Both the position numbers and the translations under genes were made by a program. A stretch of DNA of 64,000 nucleotides from Lytechinus pictus (Eukaryota), in assembly GCF_037042905.1 (NCBI RefSeq), contig NC_087252.1:4218001-4282000 (forward strand). The letters run 5' to 3'. Shown here piece by piece: positions 62,401 to 64,000 of this stretch (the first letter of the stretch is position 1; every line of letters starts with the position of its first letter). Under the pieces are notes generated by a model. It ran no database searches and was not told where the DNA came from. It saw nothing but the letters and a program-made list of their open reading frames with translations.

Positions 62401-64000
62401 CTTACCTGGAAAAAGATCGACGGCATATTGCGGGAAACTGATCCACCGCTTGTATATGATCAAAATGGACTCTACACCGTCTCATCTGTATTACAGGTTA
62501 AGTGACATAATGAAACAGTTTATGCTGTAGTCACATTCCCTCCACGGCCACCGTACGGCGAGTCCAAAAAAACGTTTTATTTAATTTTATTCAAACTACC
62601 TACATGTAGCAGGTACAAACATGTAAAAAAAGGCTGTTTTCAAGTCGCCGTTTGGCGACCGTAGGGGAAATGTGACTGCGCCATTACTACAAAAAAGAAA
62701 TCATTCGAGTTTAAACCAAAAGAGTTGAACATTAATTTGGAAAACATATGTTTCATGGTTTTTGAAGTACAAAAATTTATAATAAATATTCAAACTAAGT
62801 ACTGAAATTACCAAAATGAATAAATCCTATTAAGACAATTTGATGAATGGTAATATTTAGTCAAAGATATTCATGTTTATGCCATTCACTTATACATTAT
62901 CATGTACTTGTACTTTTTTCTTTTTGTCTGAATAATATGCCGTAAACTTGATATTTCAGCTTTCACAAAGTAAAAGTGTCAGAAATTAAATAGTATTCAT
63001 GCCGATGCTGCATTCTTTATTATCAGATATCCAGGTCCGAGTTCGATCATCAGTATAAATGCGAAGCGAGAGGACAGGCGGTAAATGGGGTCTCTTCCAC
63101 GACAGCGTCCTTTGGTAGTAAAACTACGGAAACCCCCCAAACAGGTACTATCCTTAACCCTGATGCAAACTTTTCAGGGTTTTTCATTTGATTCATTTAA
63201 TTAGTGACGCATTCTATTATTTTTCAAATTCTTGTTTGTTATATTGATTTTATCAATAACACGTAGTCCTACATTTTTTATCAGTTAAATCATAAGTGGC
63301 ATCTGGGAGAAGATGCCCTGTGTCGATTTATGAAGCAATGCAATATTATTTGGTTAAACAAACACAAACAAAGGCGTAGAAAGATGCGAGCGCGAAGCAC
63401 GAGCCAATTTTTTTTTATTTTTTTTTTTGGGGGGGGGCGGGTTAAGGTTGATGCTATTCTTGCCTGAAAACAGGTCCGGCAGTTATCATAGAGACCAGGG
63501 CTGCTCAACCAATAATAAACAAGGCTTTATCTCGAGTTTCATTTCAGCGCTCGTGCGTTCAAGGAATTAATCCTGCTGGGTACCCATTTACCTCACCTGG
63601 GTCGAGTGCAGCACAGTGAGGATAAATTTCTTACCTTAAGGAAAACACGACATGGCTAGGATTTGAACCCACGACCCTCTGTTTGGAAAGCGAGAGTCAG
63701 ATATATAATCCTTCATCAAAGGTTATACGTCTCATTCAGTAATAGCAAGGATCAACATTTTCACGAAAGGTTAGGCTACACGTCCACCAGACCCGACGCG
63801 ATTATCCAATTGAACAGAACAATCGCATTATATTAGTTCAATCAGACTGCTTACTTATTAAAAAAAATAAGACTTTTTCTTTTCATCTTGTCGTTCTATC
63901 TATTTCAGGGTTACATCCGGGATATATAGTTCTCATAACATTTCTCATATTAGGGATAGTCATCATACTTGTTTTAATCGTAGTGTTCTATCACATAAAG
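52754..64000 (+). CDS. Tandem paralog of the Ig-Ig-TM protein (5' part; runs off the window within the TM exon)
   Basis: Exons 52754-52826 (signal peptide MFTLNLRRTCFIFIVFLHCFVVSS, donor GTGAGT), 61363-61692 (IgV: IPCNF..VWWWKH..DETTYSC), 62261-62496 and 63027-63144 (LAEPLEPV..LVCEL..LTW..YKCEARG), 63909-64000 (TM YIVLITFLILGIVIILVLIVVFY). Same intron phases (1,1,0,1) as gene 2. Confidence 0.85.
53361..53437. repeat. (TA)n microsatellite
   Basis: Directly visible. Confidence 0.95.
54630..54652 (+). promoter_or_regulatory. Paired NF-kB sites in intron 1 of gene 3
   Basis: GGGGAATCCC (54630-54639) and GGGAATTCCC (54643-54652). Confidence 0.5.
54775..55115. mobile_element. MITE with (A)GTGGCGGATCCAGG / CCTGGATCCGCCCCTG termini
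   Basis: Inverted termini; related right ends at ~22020-22038 and ~38497-38514. Confidence 0.7.
55295..56140. mobile_element. Degenerate Tc1/mariner-like MITE
   Basis: TA|CAGGGTGTTTCAAAA start; inverted arms AAGTTCAAAGGTCAGCT / AGCTGACCTTTGAACTT and AACCCACTTTGTTGTAAGGTTTT / AAAACCTTACAACAAAGTGGGTT. Confidence 0.65.
57636..60998. mobile_element. hAT-type non-autonomous element, 3.36 kb
   Basis: TIR CAGTGTTGTAGT / ACTACAACACTG; 8-bp TSD CATGAAAA at 57628-57635 and 60999-61006; subterminal GCCTTG arrays at both ends. Confidence 0.88.
57911..58896. mobile_element. Tc1/mariner-type MITE nested in the hAT element
   Basis: TA|CAGTGCGTATCAAAAAAAGTTTACACTT ... AAGTGTAAACTTTTTTTGATACGCACTG|TA. Confidence 0.88.
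63522..63700 (-). mobile_element. SINE fragment (same family as 31236-31507)
   Basis: GGGTACCCATTTACCTCACCTGGGTCGAGTGCAGCACAGTG and TTTGAACCCACGACCCTCTG blocks. Confidence 0.8.

Overview
AT-rich, intron- and repeat-rich animal genomic DNA. The SINE and MITE types suggest an invertebrate deuterostome such as a sea urchin (inference). Manual splicing with GT-AG junctions and consistent phases gives three + strand genes. (1) About 4594-13826: a ~425-aa receptor-tyrosine-kinase-like protein with only ~30 aa outside the membrane, no signal peptide and a degenerate kinase (VAAR, no alphaC Glu, HGS in place of HRD). (2) 17591-42248: a complete ~557-aa type I membrane protein with signal peptide, IgV, IgC-like domain, TM helix and a cytoplasmic IFI44/IFI44L-like P-loop GTPase domain, an unusual 'receptor-GTPase' architecture. 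(3) 52754 to beyond the window end: a diverged tandem paralog of gene 2, seen as far as its TM exon. Both Ig genes have canonical NF-kB sites 220-360 bp upstream of their ATG. Intron 3 of gene 2 holds a full-length antisense L1/Tx1-type LINE (12-bp TSD, polyA) whose ORF2 start is interrupted by a MITE with an 8-bp TSD. Many SINEs, MITEs and microsatellites are present. Most ORFs in the supplied track are spurious. All homology calls come from motif recognition by eye, not from database searches.
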